From an uncultured Acidobacteriota bacterium (GTDB lineage: Bacteria > Acidobacteriota > Vicinamibacteria > Vicinamibacterales > UBA8438), in the NCBI GenBank assembly GCA_913043225.1, contig CAJWLU010000028.1:1-39560 (forward strand): a stretch of 39,560 nucleotides of DNA, read 5' to 3'. A program made the translations under genes and the position numbers. This document shows, one piece after another, positions 1-9,945 of the stretch (position 1 is its first letter; every line of letters begins with the position of its first letter). Under the pieces are notes generated by a model, which did no database searches, was not told where the DNA came from, and saw only the letters and a list, made by a program, of their open reading frames with translations.

Positions 1-106
1 CGGTGTTGTCGTCGACCCGACCCGCTAATGCGCTCTGGGCCGAGGCCGCGGCCGGCACCAGTATTAGGATGCCGAGCACGACAGCAAAGAACTTACCAAA
101 CTTCAT
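1..106 (-). CDS. 5' end of a secreted protein, probably a TonB-dependent receptor with a carboxypeptidase-regulatory-like N-terminal domain (runs off the window)
   Basis: Not in the ORF track. Manual translation MKFGKFFAVVLGILILVPAAASAQSALAGRVDDNT: signal peptide (ASA-Q) then an 'S-x-x-x-G-x-V-x-D-x-T' start typical of this domain; strong AGGAGG RBS upstream of ATG 106. Confidence 0.65.
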   Translation of the reverse strand, partial: MKFGKFFAVVLGILILVPAAASAQSALAGRVDDNT

Positions 107-167
107 TACGCCCACCTCCTTGGTAGCGAGAACAGCAAGCTGCTACAAAGATCCTCAGCGACATTAC

Positions 168-184
168 AGCAATTAGCATGCCTG
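168..184 (-). promoter_or_regulatory. Putative sigma-54 (-24/-12) promoter for the 1-106 gene
   Basis: Minus strand reads CAGGCATGCTAATTGCT, i.e. GG-N10-GC with TTGC at -12, about 60 nt upstream of the ATG, in an AT-rich intergenic region. Confidence 0.5.
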
Positions 185-553
185 AAATACGCACTTGGTT
201 CATTCCATCAAGCAATTGTTAAAAAAGAACTTAGTGATCTTGAAGATGGCACGTCGATACGCATAATTGGATATCAGCCCAATAAATCCAAAGATATGGA
301 TATTGGTCTTTTGACCGAAGAGCAAGCAAGGACGGGGACGTGGATGACGAAGCCCCGACCAGTTTTACGTCGGTTCAATTTACGTCGATCCGAGGTACGG
401 TGACCTCCACGCCAGGGCACGTGTCGGTCGCAATACCCGGCCCTCCCTCACTTCGCTCGAGGTGTTCGTTGCCACGGTGTTTCCGCTGACATGCGGCGAT
501 TCTCCCGCCGCGTGTGGTAGATTTCCCGCCGGTATCCACTCTTGACGAGGCCC

Positions 554-1579
554 ATGCTGAAACATCTGAAACCGTACTGCCTGACTCTCTTCGCCCTGGT
601 CGTTGCCGCGACCGTTTCCGCGCAAGGTCGCGAGATCCTGCCGCCGGTGCCGACACCTGACATCGCGCCGGGGAGCATCACGTGCGACGAGTGTCCCTAT
701 CCATATCCGAGCAAGTATCTGGACATCAACGTGTACCGCCAGGACGTCCGCATTTCTTACATGGACGTCGCCCCCCGAGGCATCGCCAATGGCCACACGG
801 TCATGTTGCTGCACGGCAACAACTTTGGCGGTTTCTACTTCGGAGTGATTATCGAGGGGCTGATCGACGCCGGTTTCCGCGTGATCGTGCCCGACCAGAT
901 TGGCTACGGGAAATCGTCGAAACCGATCGCACCCTACAATTTCAGTTCGCAGGCGAGAAACACCCATCTGATTTTGCAGGAGGAAGGGATCGAGAAGGTC
1001 GCGCTGGTCGGGCATTCCATGGGTGGGATGCTGGCGACCCGTTTCACGACTCAGTATCCCGACTCGGTCGAGCGGCTCGTAATCTACAACCCGATCGGGC
1101 TGTCCGATGGCCGCTTCAATCGCCCGATGACCCCTGTCGACCAGATTTACGAGCGGGTGTTGCAGACCGACTATCAGAGCACGCGTCGGAGCCTCAGCCG
1201 CTACGTCGGACACGACCCGTCGGCTTGGAACGACGAGTTCGAGCTCTACACGCGCATTCGCACATCGTGGACGCTCAGCTCGGACTGGCCACGCCTTGCG
1301 ATGGTGCAGTCGATCATCAGCCAGATGCTCTACGGCGATCCGGTGGTCTACGACTGGCCCCACATCCGCGTGCCGACCCTGGCGTTCGGAGGTGCGGAAG
1401 ACCTGCTCCTCGGGCCCGCCGAGACGTTCCAGGAGCGGATGCGGGTGCTGGCCGAGACCGTGCCTAACGGCAACGGCCGCCTGCACTTGATTCCGGGCCT
1501 CGGGCACGTGCCGCATCTGGAGGATGCCGATGCCATCGTGGTCCCACTGGTGGAGTATTTGCTGGAGAGCGTCGAGTGA
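554..1579 (+). CDS. Secreted alpha/beta-fold hydrolase
   Basis: Signal peptide, LLHG oxyanion region, GHSMGG nucleophile elbow, C-terminal GHVPH. Start placed at ATG 554 after GAGG. Confidence 0.9.
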   Translation: MLKHLKPYCLTLFALVVAATVSAQGREILPPVPTPDIAPGSITCDECPYPYPSKYLDINVYRQDVRISYMDVAPRGIANGHTVMLLHGNNFGGFYFGVIIEGLIDAGFRVIVPDQIGYGKSSKPIAPYNFSSQARNTHLILQEEGIEKVALVGHSMGGMLATRFTTQYPDSVERLVIYNPIGLSDGRFNRPMTPVDQIYERVLQTDYQSTRRSLSRYVGHDPSAWNDEFELYTRIRTSWTLSSDWPRLAMVQSIISQMLYGDPVVYDWPHIRVPTLAFGGAEDLLLGPAETFQERMRVLAETVPNGNGRLHLIPGLGHVPHLEDADAIVVPLVEYLLESVE

Positions 1580-3273
1580 TGCAAAGCGTCTGGTGCCGGT
1601 TGCTTGTGACCGGCCGTGCCGTCGTGCTGCCGTTGGTTGCGCTGGCTACCGCGTGTGGGAGCGGCAGCACCGGAGGTGACGCGCCGCCGGGCGTCGAGAA
1701 CGACGTCGCCACTCATGTCATCGATCGCACCGCATACCTGGACCAACTTCGCGGTTTCTGGCTGGGAGGCGTGATCGCTAACTGGACGGGGCTCCCCACC
1801 GAGAATCTTCGCACGAGCAAGCCGTTCTTCACCGACGAAGACTGGCTGTCGACCCAGCGTGATGGGCGCGTTACGCTCGACTACGTGCTGGATCAAGATC
1901 CGTGGCAGGCCGACGACGACACCGACATCGAGTACGTCTACCAGCACGCCATGGAGCAGTACGGTACCTACCTGCTCACGGGTGAGCAGATCAGTCGGGA
2001 GTGGCAAGACCACATCCGGTTGCCTCGTCTCTGGGTGTCGAACCTGGCGGCGCTTGGCCAGATGCAGAATGGGGCCATGCCGCCGGCTACCTCGCTTCCC
2101 ACCAACAACCCGATGTGGGACATGATCGACGCTCAGCTGACCACCGAGGTTTTTGGTGTCTTTGCGCCTGGCCGTCCCGACGTGGCGCTCGAAATGGCCC
2201 ATCTCCCGATCCGGACCACCGCCTACCTGCACTCGGAGTGGGCGGCAGAATTTTACGTAATCATGCACGCGGTGGCACCGGTCGTTGACCCGAACCTGTC
2301 ACGCGGCGACCAGGTCATGTGGCTGGCCGAGCAGGCCCGCCAACGGGTGCCCGACTGGTCGTATATTGCTGACATGTACGATTTCGTGAAGGCCGAGTAT
2401 CTGGCGAACCCGGACAAGGACGATTGGGAGCAGACTCGAGACAAGTTGCACGAGCGTTACCAGAACGACGGCGCGGCCGGGTACGTGTATCGCTATTCGT
2501 GGGACGCGGGCATCAACTTCGGCGCGTCCATCGTGAGCCTCTTCTACGGTGAAGGGGACTACAAGAAGACCATCCGGATCGGCACCTTGTCCGGCTGGGA
2601 CTCGGACAACCCGACCGCCACCTGGGGCGGGCTGCTCGGCTTTCTCTACGGCTACGCCGGTCTCGAGGAGCACTTTGCGAAGTACGACTTTGCCGACGGC
2701 TACAACATAGAGAGGACCCGCTACGATTTGCCACGGCCGCTCGATAGCCTGACTGGGATGTCCGAGCGTGGGCTCGAGGTCATCGACCAGGTCGTGGTGG
2801 AAGCGATGGGCGGCGCCGTCGACGGGGACACCTGGGTAATTCCCGTCGGTGAGCAGATCGCCGTGGCGGACGTGGCCGAGACCGAGATCGCTTGGACGAC
2901 CATCGAGGATAGCGATCCTCGCTGGGAGTTCGACGGGTTCACCAGCGAGCCACGGCACTGGAACGCGTCGGGGGCGACGCTGGCCTTCGGTTACGCCGAC
3001 TGCGAGGCCCGGGTCACGTTCACCGGCTCGGCCGTGCAGTACTACGCCCATCGGAACCCGACCAGCGGTTCAGTTGCGTTGAGCCTCGACGGCGTCGAGC
3101 AGGGAATGTTCGATCTGAGCTACGACGCCGACCCGGAGGGGCAGTTCTACGTGAAGGTGTTTGAGGCGCTCGGTCTCGATGACGGGGAGCACACGCTGGT
3201 TATCGCGTGTGACTCGACGGACGCCGAGAAGACCATCGACATGCTGTGGGTGATCGGTGAGCAGGCGGACTAG
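1576..3273 (+). CDS. ADP-ribosylglycohydrolase-family lipoprotein with a C-terminal beta-sandwich domain
   Basis: Lipobox LATAC; ADDDTDIE and GWDSDNPTATWGG metal-binding motifs of the ARH family; C-terminal IEDSDPRW...SLDGVEQG beta-rich domain. Confidence 0.8.
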   Translation: MMQSVWCRLLVTGRAVVLPLVALATACGSGSTGGDAPPGVENDVATHVIDRTAYLDQLRGFWLGGVIANWTGLPTENLRTSKPFFTDEDWLSTQRDGRVTLDYVLDQDPWQADDDTDIEYVYQHAMEQYGTYLLTGEQISREWQDHIRLPRLWVSNLAALGQMQNGAMPPATSLPTNNPMWDMIDAQLTTEVFGVFAPGRPDVALEMAHLPIRTTAYLHSEWAAEFYVIMHAVAPVVDPNLSRGDQVMWLAEQARQRVPDWSYIADMYDFVKAEYLANPDKDDWEQTRDKLHERYQNDGAAGYVYRYSWDAGINFGASIVSLFYGEGDYKKTIRIGTLSGWDSDNPTATWGGLLGFLYGYAGLEEHFAKYDFADGYNIERTRYDLPRPLDSLTGMSERGLEVIDQVVVEAMGGAVDGDTWVIPVGEQIAVADVAETEIAWTTIEDSDPRWEFDGFTSEPRHWNASGATLAFGYADCEARVTFTGSAVQYYAHRNPTSGSVALSLDGVEQGMFDLSYDADPEGQFYVKVFEALGLDDGEHTLVIACDSTDAEKTIDMLWVIGEQAD

Positions 3274-3317
3274 CTCCGCCGCTCCGGTCGGTCGAACGAA
3301 CTAGCGACCCGGCGACC

Positions 3318-4766
3318 ATGCTGATTGAATTCGACAACAGCTACGCCAGGTTGCCCGAGCGTTTCTACGCGCGCCAGGCCCCGACCCCGGTCCCTCGCCC
3401 CGAACTGATCCGGCTGAATGCCGAGCTAGCGAAGGTGCTCGGGATCGATGCGGTATGGCTCCGTTCAGACGAGGGGGTAGCGATGTTGGCGGGCAACGTC
3501 ACACCCGAGGGAGCCGAGCCGCTCGCTCAGGCGTACGCGGGGCATCAGTTTGGCGGCTTTGTGCCACAACTGGGCGACGGTCGGGCGTTGCTGCTGGGAG
3601 AGGTGGTGGATGTCGTAGGTGCCCGCCGTGACGTGCAGCTGAAGGGCTCAGGCCGGACGCCGTTCTCCCGGGGCGGTGACGGGAAATCGGCACTGGGGCC
3701 TGTCATTCGCGAATACGTCGTCAGCGAGGCGATGGCCGCGCTCGGGGTCCCGACGACTAGGGCACTGGCGGCGGTGGCCACCGGCGAGCAAGTTATCCGT
3801 CAGCAGGGCCCGGAACCGGGTGGGGTCTTTACCCGGGTCGCCTCCAGTCACATCCGGGTCGGCACGTTCCAGTACTTCATTGCGCGTCGGGACCACGACG
3901 CCGTTAGGGAATTGGCCGACCACGCGATCGCCCGTCACTATCCTGAGGCAGCCGAGTCGCCCGCACCGTATCGGACTCTGCTCGAGCGCGTCGTGGCCGC
4001 GCAGGCCGACCTGATCGCCCACTGGCTCTCGCTGGGCTTCATTCATGGCGTCATGAATACCGACAACACGACGGTGTCGGGGGAGACCATCGACTATGGC
4101 CCGTGCGCGTTCATGGACGACTTTCAGGCGCGGAAGGTGTTCAGCTCGATCGACACTGGTGGCCGGTACGCGTGGGGCAACCAGTCGGAAATCGGACTCT
4201 GGAACCTGACACGGTTTGCCGAGACCTTGCTGCCACTACTGGCCGACGTCGAGTCCGAGGCCATTTCGACGGCCGAGCAAGTACTGCAGGGCTATGCGGG
4301 TCGGTTTAGTACGGAGTTCGGCCGACGGTTCCGGAACAAGCTGGGCCTGACGGCCGAGGTCGACGGCGAGCGGATTCAGGCCTGCCTCGATCTCCTGGAA
4401 CGCCAGCAGATCGACTTCACGGTGTTCTTCCGGAGGCTGACTGTTGTGGCCGGGGGAGGAGACGTCGGGCCGCTTCGAGCGCTGTTCTCGGAGGGGGCGT
4501 CGTTCGACGACTGGTTCGAGACCTGGACAGGCGATACGAGCCCAGGCGTGCGGTTCGACGAGATGCGCACGGCCAATCCGATCCGCATTCCGCGGAACCA
4601 CCGGGTGGAAGAGGCGATCCGAGGGGTCTACGGCGGTGATTACGCTGCTTTTCACCGGCTGGTCGATGCGCTCGCCGTTCCCTATGAGGACCGGGCTGAC
4701 TACGCCGACCTCGAGTGTCCTCCGCAGCCCGAGGAAGTGGTCCAGCGGACGTTCTGCGGCACGTGA
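3318..4766 (+). CDS. selO: Protein adenylyltransferase SelO (YdiU/UPF0061 family)
   Basis: YAGHQFG, QLGDGRA, LKGSGRTPFSRGGDG, HGVMNTDN, IDYGPCAF, PRNH and terminal TFCGT motifs. Confidence 0.95.
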   Translation: MLIEFDNSYARLPERFYARQAPTPVPRPELIRLNAELAKVLGIDAVWLRSDEGVAMLAGNVTPEGAEPLAQAYAGHQFGGFVPQLGDGRALLLGEVVDVVGARRDVQLKGSGRTPFSRGGDGKSALGPVIREYVVSEAMAALGVPTTRALAAVATGEQVIRQQGPEPGGVFTRVASSHIRVGTFQYFIARRDHDAVRELADHAIARHYPEAAESPAPYRTLLERVVAAQADLIAHWLSLGFIHGVMNTDNTTVSGETIDYGPCAFMDDFQARKVFSSIDTGGRYAWGNQSEIGLWNLTRFAETLLPLLADVESEAISTAEQVLQGYAGRFSTEFGRRFRNKLGLTAEVDGERIQACLDLLERQQIDFTVFFRRLTVVAGGGDVGPLRALFSEGASFDDWFETWTGDTSPGVRFDEMRTANPIRIPRNHRVEEAIRGVYGGDYAAFHRLVDALAVPYEDRADYADLECPPQPEEVVQRTFCGT

Positions 4767-4888
4767 GCGGTCGCCCCCGTGGCGTGCTTGGCGGCGCGAG
4801 CAGTCTCCTCGAAGAGCGGTGCGGCTTGAGGCGCACCGGCCCACTAAAGGAATCGGCAGATCCGGCCGCAACCGTAGGATGGGTCTAA

Positions 4889-5248
4889 CTAGCGTTCCCG
4901 GGCACCCTGGCAGTCCAGGCAGAACGGCGCTTCGGGACGCGCCTTCAGGCGCGGGTAGCCGATCGGCTCCTCACAGGTCCGGCAGTGTCCGTACTCACCC
5001 GTGCGATACGTCTCGAGTGAGGCGTAGACCTGACGGAGCTTAATGTCGAGGGTTGAGCGGCTCGCCCTGGTCATCTGTTGCTGCTGGATGGCATCCATCC
5101 GCGAGAGGCGCCCGATGGGCGTATCCAGATCGACCGGCTTCGCTCCGTCATTGGCGAGCCGAAGGGTGGCCTTGAGGTCTTCCCGGGCCGTCAGCAGGGC
5201 CTGGTGCAGTTCCTCCAGCTGTTCCGGCGTCAGTTCTTCGGCACTCAT
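4889..5248 (-). CDS. TraR/DksA-family C4 zinc-finger protein
   Basis: GRLSRMDAIQQQQM coiled coil; YGHCRTCEEPIGYPRLKARPEAPFCLDCQ. ATG 5248 overlaps the upstream gene's stop (TGATG). Confidence 0.9.
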   Translation of the reverse strand: MSAEELTPEQLEELHQALLTAREDLKATLRLANDGAKPVDLDTPIGRLSRMDAIQQQQMTRASRSTLDIKLRQVYASLETYRTGEYGHCRTCEEPIGYPRLKARPEAPFCLDCQGARER

Positions 5249-7098
5249 CAGGGGATGACCCAGATGGGCGAGGACCAGGCGCGCTCTTGGAGGGTAGCCG
5301 GCGTGTCGGGACGCGGTTCGACACCGGCGCGGATGGCGTCCCAGGTGGTCCACCGGCAGGTCGGGTTTTCAAGCACGCGGACGTAGTAGAAAGCACGCTC
5401 GGTCGGGTCGAAATCTGGGTCGGACCATAGGGTCAGCAGGTCGGTGTCTCCGACGTCGTCGCTGATACCGCAGGTGGTCAGGTCGACAGTGGACCCGTTG
5501 TCCGGGCACCGATGCGTGTCCGGGTCGACCGACAGGCCGTCCGAGCAGGCGACGTCATAGACCTGTTCGGACGACTCGCCGTTCTCGAGCCAGCCTTTGA
5601 TGATCTGTACCCGCTGCAGGGGAGCACTGAGCGGGTCGCGCACGGCCCAGACGAGAAACTTGGGCGTCTCTGCGGGAGCTACCAGCTCACCACCCATGGC
5701 GACACCGTTCGCATAGGCCGTGGCAATCATGTCTGGAGCGCTGGTCAGGTCGTCGGCGTAGCCGGTGCCGCCAAAGAACCGCACCCGAATTCTTGGGCCG
5801 GTGGTGGCGAATGTCTCTCGGCGGCGGAAGGCATCAAAGATCGACTCGCGCGTGTTCTCCTCGGCCCATACCCCCGCCAGGCCAGCCGCGCCGTTCAGCA
5901 CGCCCAGGCCGGTGCCATAGCGGCTGCCGTCAGGTCGCGTTGTCTCGAACGGCACCGAGACCCCTGGCTGCGGTTGGCCGCTCGGTGTGAAGTACTCCTC
6001 TTCTCTGGCGTAGGTCGCGCCGGTGTGGTTGTCTGTGGCGCCGATCAGGCCGAAGCGGAACGGGTTGACGCCGAGCTGTTCTTCGAGCCGGAGCCCGTTC
6101 AGATATGCGTCCCGCACGTAGCTACCGCTCGGCTGGCTAGGGCGGTTCCCGCCAACCCGGTATGGGCGGATCTCGAAGTCGGCCCACTCGTCGTTGGGCG
6201 AGAGGGCCGGATGCGTGTCGGAGGTGCCCTTGGTCTGGGTGACCTCGACGACCGGTTCGTTGCGAAGACGGGTTTCTGCGTAGGTCGCGTCGAGCGGCGC
6301 TCCGTCGTAGGTCTCCATTGCGAACATGAGCCCGTTCGAGCCGTTTGAGTTATGGGGGATGGCCAGCGCTTCCATCCCCGCCTCGCGGTTCAGGTCCATC
6401 CAGGCCCAAAGCTCTTCCGGGTTGAATGTGTCGATCCGGCTGAGGGGCATGTCCGGCACCTGGCTGCCCCGGTAGATCACGTTCCGGTGCAGGTTCTGGT
6501 TCTCGGGGCTGCCGGTGAATTCGTAGCCGATAAAGGTGGTGAACTGTCCCGGTTCGTAGTGCCGCTCGGCCGCCTCGATGATGTCTTGCCAAGCGGATCG
6601 GACGACGGTCTCGTCGAGCCAGCCGTCGCGGAGGCCCAGGGTATAGGCCCTGATCGACGCGTAGGCGCCGGCACGCTCGGCGCCGGTAAGTTCACCTGAC
6701 CGAATCCGCTCGACGACGACGGCATCGGGGTGCTCTGAGACCGTCTGGGTCGGGTCTTGCGACGCCCGCAGCATGCCGAGCATCGCAGCGTGGTCGGTGA
6801 CTGCATAGAAGTCGAGCGGGCGGTCGAGCTGGACCTCGAATCCGGCCGGATGCATGAGCGCCTCACCCTTGGCGTGGCGATAGGCATCGTCCGGCGTGTT
6901 CCGTGTCCCGTTCATGAACGCGTCGAACGAGTAATTGGTATGGGTGTGCAGGTCGCCGAAGTAGGCGTTGCGCAGCGGGTTGGCCTCAACGGCGGGTTCG
7001 GCCGGGGACGGCGTCGATTCGGTCGGGGCCGTGCCGCCGCAGGCCGCGAGTCCTACGACAAGCAAGAGACTTGCGCGCCATGCTCCAGGTCGTTCCAC
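5248..7098 (-). CDS. DUF3604 domain lipoprotein (PHP-like metallohydrolase)
   Basis: YFGDLHTHT, LDFYAVTDHA, NLHRNVI, AIPHNSNGSNG, YYVRVLENPTCRW, QERAWSSPIW; lipobox LAAC. GTG start inferred after GAGAGGGA. Confidence 0.9.
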   Translation of the reverse strand: MERPGAWRASLLLVVGLAACGGTAPTESTPSPAEPAVEANPLRNAYFGDLHTHTNYSFDAFMNGTRNTPDDAYRHAKGEALMHPAGFEVQLDRPLDFYAVTDHAAMLGMLRASQDPTQTVSEHPDAVVVERIRSGELTGAERAGAYASIRAYTLGLRDGWLDETVVRSAWQDIIEAAERHYEPGQFTTFIGYEFTGSPENQNLHRNVIYRGSQVPDMPLSRIDTFNPEELWAWMDLNREAGMEALAIPHNSNGSNGLMFAMETYDGAPLDATYAETRLRNEPVVEVTQTKGTSDTHPALSPNDEWADFEIRPYRVGGNRPSQPSGSYVRDAYLNGLRLEEQLGVNPFRFGLIGATDNHTGATYAREEEYFTPSGQPQPGVSVPFETTRPDGSRYGTGLGVLNGAAGLAGVWAEENTRESIFDAFRRRETFATTGPRIRVRFFGGTGYADDLTSAPDMIATAYANGVAMGGELVAPAETPKFLVWAVRDPLSAPLQRVQIIKGWLENGESSEQVYDVACSDGLSVDPDTHRCPDNGSTVDLTTCGISDDVGDTDLLTLWSDPDFDPTERAFYYVRVLENPTCRWTTWDAIRAGVEPRPDTPATLQERAWSSPIWVIP

Positions 7099-7393
7099 GG
7101 TTGCGTCCCTCTCGTGGTAGGTGTGACCGAATTCTCTCTGACAGCTGGAGTCTATCGCGACTCGCCGCCGGGGATGTTTCAGTCCATCCACGTTTTCCGG
7201 AAGTAAGCGACGAAGCGCCAATTCATCCGATGAGGCGAAATGCCGTCGCCGTGACCCCGCTGGATGAACGTTGCCCTGATGGCCGGTTTGGACGGTCCCC
7301 CGGCCTATGCGGGACAAGACCGGTTCACGCTGGTGACCGACGCGATGCTGCAGGCGCGCGATGCAGACGGCTGGATCTAGCGAGCGGGGTATT

Positions 7394-7828
7394 TCATCTG
7401 CGAGCCCGCGCTATGGCGGCGGCCAGCGCCTCGGGCTCGTCCGTGCCAATTCGGACCCGACGTCCGTTGGTCAAGTCGAGTTCCACGGCCTCGAAACCCG
7501 CGACATTGTACAGCCAGCCATTCCCGATATAGCGGATGCCCTGCCCAAGTAACCAGCTGTTGCGGACCGTTCGATGATCTTTGACGGTATCGAGGGCTAT
7601 TCGTTTGCGGAACCAGCCTCGAATCGGCCGCACGCCGAAACGGATGGTGATCTCTGAGGCGTCAACTGAGACAGTCAGAGCGCCAAAGCCGAGGAGTAGA
7701 AGAAGCACCGGGCCGACAGCGACAACGGCGACTCTGGCGAGGAAGAAGAGCAGTGCGCTCCCGCCGACGATCAGCCAAAGGCTGCCTCTCTGCGTGTGCG
7801 TATAACGCAGGAAGCCGTCACGTTCCAT
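7394..7828 (-). CDS. Small membrane protein (two TM helices plus a PH-like domain)
   Basis: Two hydrophobic segments, then GIRY..GWLYNVAG.EAVEL...GRRVRIGTDEPE. Confidence 0.7.
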   Translation of the reverse strand: MERDGFLRYTHTQRGSLWLIVGGSALLFFLARVAVVAVGPVLLLLLGFGALTVSVDASEITIRFGVRPIRGWFRKRIALDTVKDHRTVRNSWLLGQGIRYIGNGWLYNVAGFEAVELDLTNGRRVRIGTDEPEALAAAIARARR

Positions 7829-7854
7829 CGGCTCAGTGAGATCACCGCCCGGCC

Positions 7855-8220
7855 TTACGGCGTGGCGTTCCAGATGTCCCGATGCATCCGCCAGCCGGCT
7901 TCACCACGGGTCCACATCTCGACGTACTTACCCGTCAGTGGTTGTTCGCCCGCTACCTCCAGCCTGAATGTGCCGATCACGTTAGCCAGATCGCCGTCCA
8001 CGAACATCTCTTGAATCTCGAGGCTCGCCGACTCCACGCTACCCGCAAAATCGCCCCAGAATCAGGAAATCGCCTCTAGTCCTTCGATGGGTGCCGCGTC
8101 GGGGGGCAACAGCACCGCGTCCGCGGTGTAGACCGCAGCGATCCCGGCACCATTCTTGGCGTTGAAGGCGCGTACCCACTCTTCGCTTGCGGTTCGGATC
8201 TGGTTGGCATCTGCTGATAT
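7855..8220 (-). pseudogene. DUF4440/NTF2-like (YybH-type) gene interrupted by an in-frame TGA
   Basis: ORFs 8062-8283 and 7855-8037 share a frame: YTADAVLLPPDAAPIEGLEAIS*FWGDF...GKYVEMWTRGEAGWRMHRDIWN. The AAGGAG RBS is followed by ATA (8218-8220) rather than ATG. Confidence 0.75.
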
Positions 8221-8319
8221 CAGTCGACTCCTTTGCTCTAATAACTCACATTCTTGTGCTGCGTGTTGCTGGCCGCTGTTCAACCGCGTCGCATGATCGA
8301 TGAATTGATCAGATCGCGT

Positions 8320-8640
8320 TCAGCTGCCAGCTGGTTTGTAGTCGACGGCCACCTTACTTGCGGCATCTATGTCTTCAGGCGAAATCAAAGGCATGAGGCT
8401 TACCTTGATGACACCGCTGGCATTAACTGCCAAGGATATGGCCGTAGCCGTTTTTGCGTCTGGTGCATCTATAAATCCCACGACATCATCTTCGCCATAA
8501 GCGAAATACGCCGACTCAACCGTGCACCCATGATTGGAGAACAGCTGGGAGATATAACGAAGTCGTGAGGTTCCGCCTTCTTTGAGCAGACCTCTCACCC
8601 CTTCCGCGGCATAGCGCCCTTTGAACATATATTTGGCCAC
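8320..8640 (-). CDS. GYD domain-containing protein
   Basis: KYMFKGRY..EGVRGLLKEGGTSR...YFAYGEDDVV pattern; GTG start after GAGGAGG. Confidence 0.85.
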   Translation of the reverse strand: MAKYMFKGRYAAEGVRGLLKEGGTSRLRYISQLFSNHGCTVESAYFAYGEDDVVGFIDAPDAKTATAISLAVNASGVIKVSLMPLISPEDIDAASKVAVDYKPAGS

Positions 8641-8700
8641 TGCATGCCCTCCTCTACGAATTGATATCAGGCACCATTTGGTCCACGCCAAACGCCTGGA

Positions 8701-9081
8701 TCAGCTGACTTCTACGTAAGTACCCGTCCACGACCCGTCCGCGTGATTCAGGATTCCTTCGGTCCTAAGTTTTCGTCCATCCGACAGGTCATGATTCAGC
8801 TTAATCCGCACGCGGAGTTCCATGCCGATCCGTTCAAACGTGCCATGGGCGATATCTGCGAGAACCGTTCCATCCTCAAGAATGGTCTTGGCGACCCAGG
8901 TACAAGTGCCGGAGCTTGCGCCGCCCTCGCTAAGTGGCTGGCTATAGCTAAGGCTCCCCAATGGGGCATTGAACTCAGTCGCGCTGCCTTCAAATGAGGT
9001 GACGTGAGTGAGGACGCCCGGTGAGGTCTCGGTGAGCGTGAAGCCCGTTCGGGTGAAGCTGTATTCTCCAGAGCTGGCCAC
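8701..9081 (-). CDS. Hypothetical beta-rich protein
   Basis: 126-aa ORF with AGAGGAG RBS, co-oriented with its neighbours. Confidence 0.65.
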   Translation of the reverse strand: MASSGEYSFTRTGFTLTETSPGVLTHVTSFEGSATEFNAPLGSLSYSQPLSEGGASSGTCTWVAKTILEDGTVLADIAHGTFERIGMELRVRIKLNHDLSDGRKLRTEGILNHADGSWTGTYVEVS

Positions 9082-9150
9082 AGTGGTCTCCTCTTGAGTG
9101 TGTTCGTGAAGTCAGCACGCAGGCTCTCAGTAGACAGCTCGTCCTCACGC

Positions 9151-9909
9151 TTAGTCGCCAGCTGAATAATTAAGGTCTGGTCTACTCCGCCAATTTGTGC
9201 GCTCAGTTCTGACGCTAAAGGAATTACCACTGAGAGCGCCCTGGATAACACTTCGGTTCTCTTCGCGGTGCTCGTAGTAGTCAGCCGCGTCAAGGGCAGG
9301 GTAGAACACGGAATACGCATTGCCGCTTCCCCCAAGAACCGTCCTCGCCACAAAGCGAGGTTGATCGCTCCCAGCCGCCCGAAGTGCTGCACTTACGCCA
9401 GCCATCGACTCCATGGCGGCTTGTCTGGTCCCCGGTCGCGCATAGATCTTGATCTGATGTGTAAACATTCCTTCGCCCTGGGCGACCCTCGGGTTGTCCG
9501 GCCGGTAAAAAAGTTCTGGCATCGGCGCAGAGATCTCTCTCCAGAAGCGGTTGACAGTGTCAGGTATCCCTGAATTACCACCTCCAGGGCGAGCGTCAAA
9601 CCACTCGGTCCGCGCTGCCATGTCGGACCAGCCGTTCGGTAAAGCAATGCCGATTCGGGCCACGTTCGTTTCGCTAATCCATACGGTCTCGTTCCACGGA
9701 TAGTCCTCTGACTCGCGGTACTCGATGGCTCGTTGGCGAGCCTCTTCCCAGGCAGAGACTTCACCGGGCTTAATCTGCATATACATCGAAAGATATAACC
9801 CCTGCGTTTGCCCCTCATTAGTCTGTGCGCCATCTGGCGAACAGCCAATCAGAGCGACTGATGTCAGCAAGGCAAGAGTGAGATAGATTCTTGAAAAAGA
9901 ACGAGTCAT
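9151..9909 (-). CDS. Hypothetical lipoprotein, paralog of 9946-10689
   Basis: Lipobox LIGC, GGAGG RBS; aligns by eye with the upstream gene. Confidence 0.75.
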   Translation of the reverse strand: MTRSFSRIYLTLALLTSVALIGCSPDGAQTNEGQTQGLYLSMYMQIKPGEVSAWEEARQRAIEYRESEDYPWNETVWISETNVARIGIALPNGWSDMAARTEWFDARPGGGNSGIPDTVNRFWREISAPMPELFYRPDNPRVAQGEGMFTHQIKIYARPGTRQAAMESMAGVSAALRAAGSDQPRFVARTVLGGSGNAYSVFYPALDAADYYEHREENRSVIQGALSGNSFSVRTERTNWRSRPDLNYSAGD

Positions 9910-9945
9910 TGAGAGCCTCCGCAAAAAGTGTCGGTGTGAGCTGAG

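Noticed and set aside
248..263. Plus-strand TGGCAC sigma-54-like site
   Set aside because: The downstream GC is one base off the required spacing and TTGC is absent.
4755..4766. SelO ending C-G-T-TGA, which would read as CxxU if the stop were Sec
   Set aside because: TFCGT is the usual bacterial YdiU terminus and its Cys is the likely equivalent of the eukaryotic Sec; the SECIS-like stem seen at the UGSC genes is absent here.
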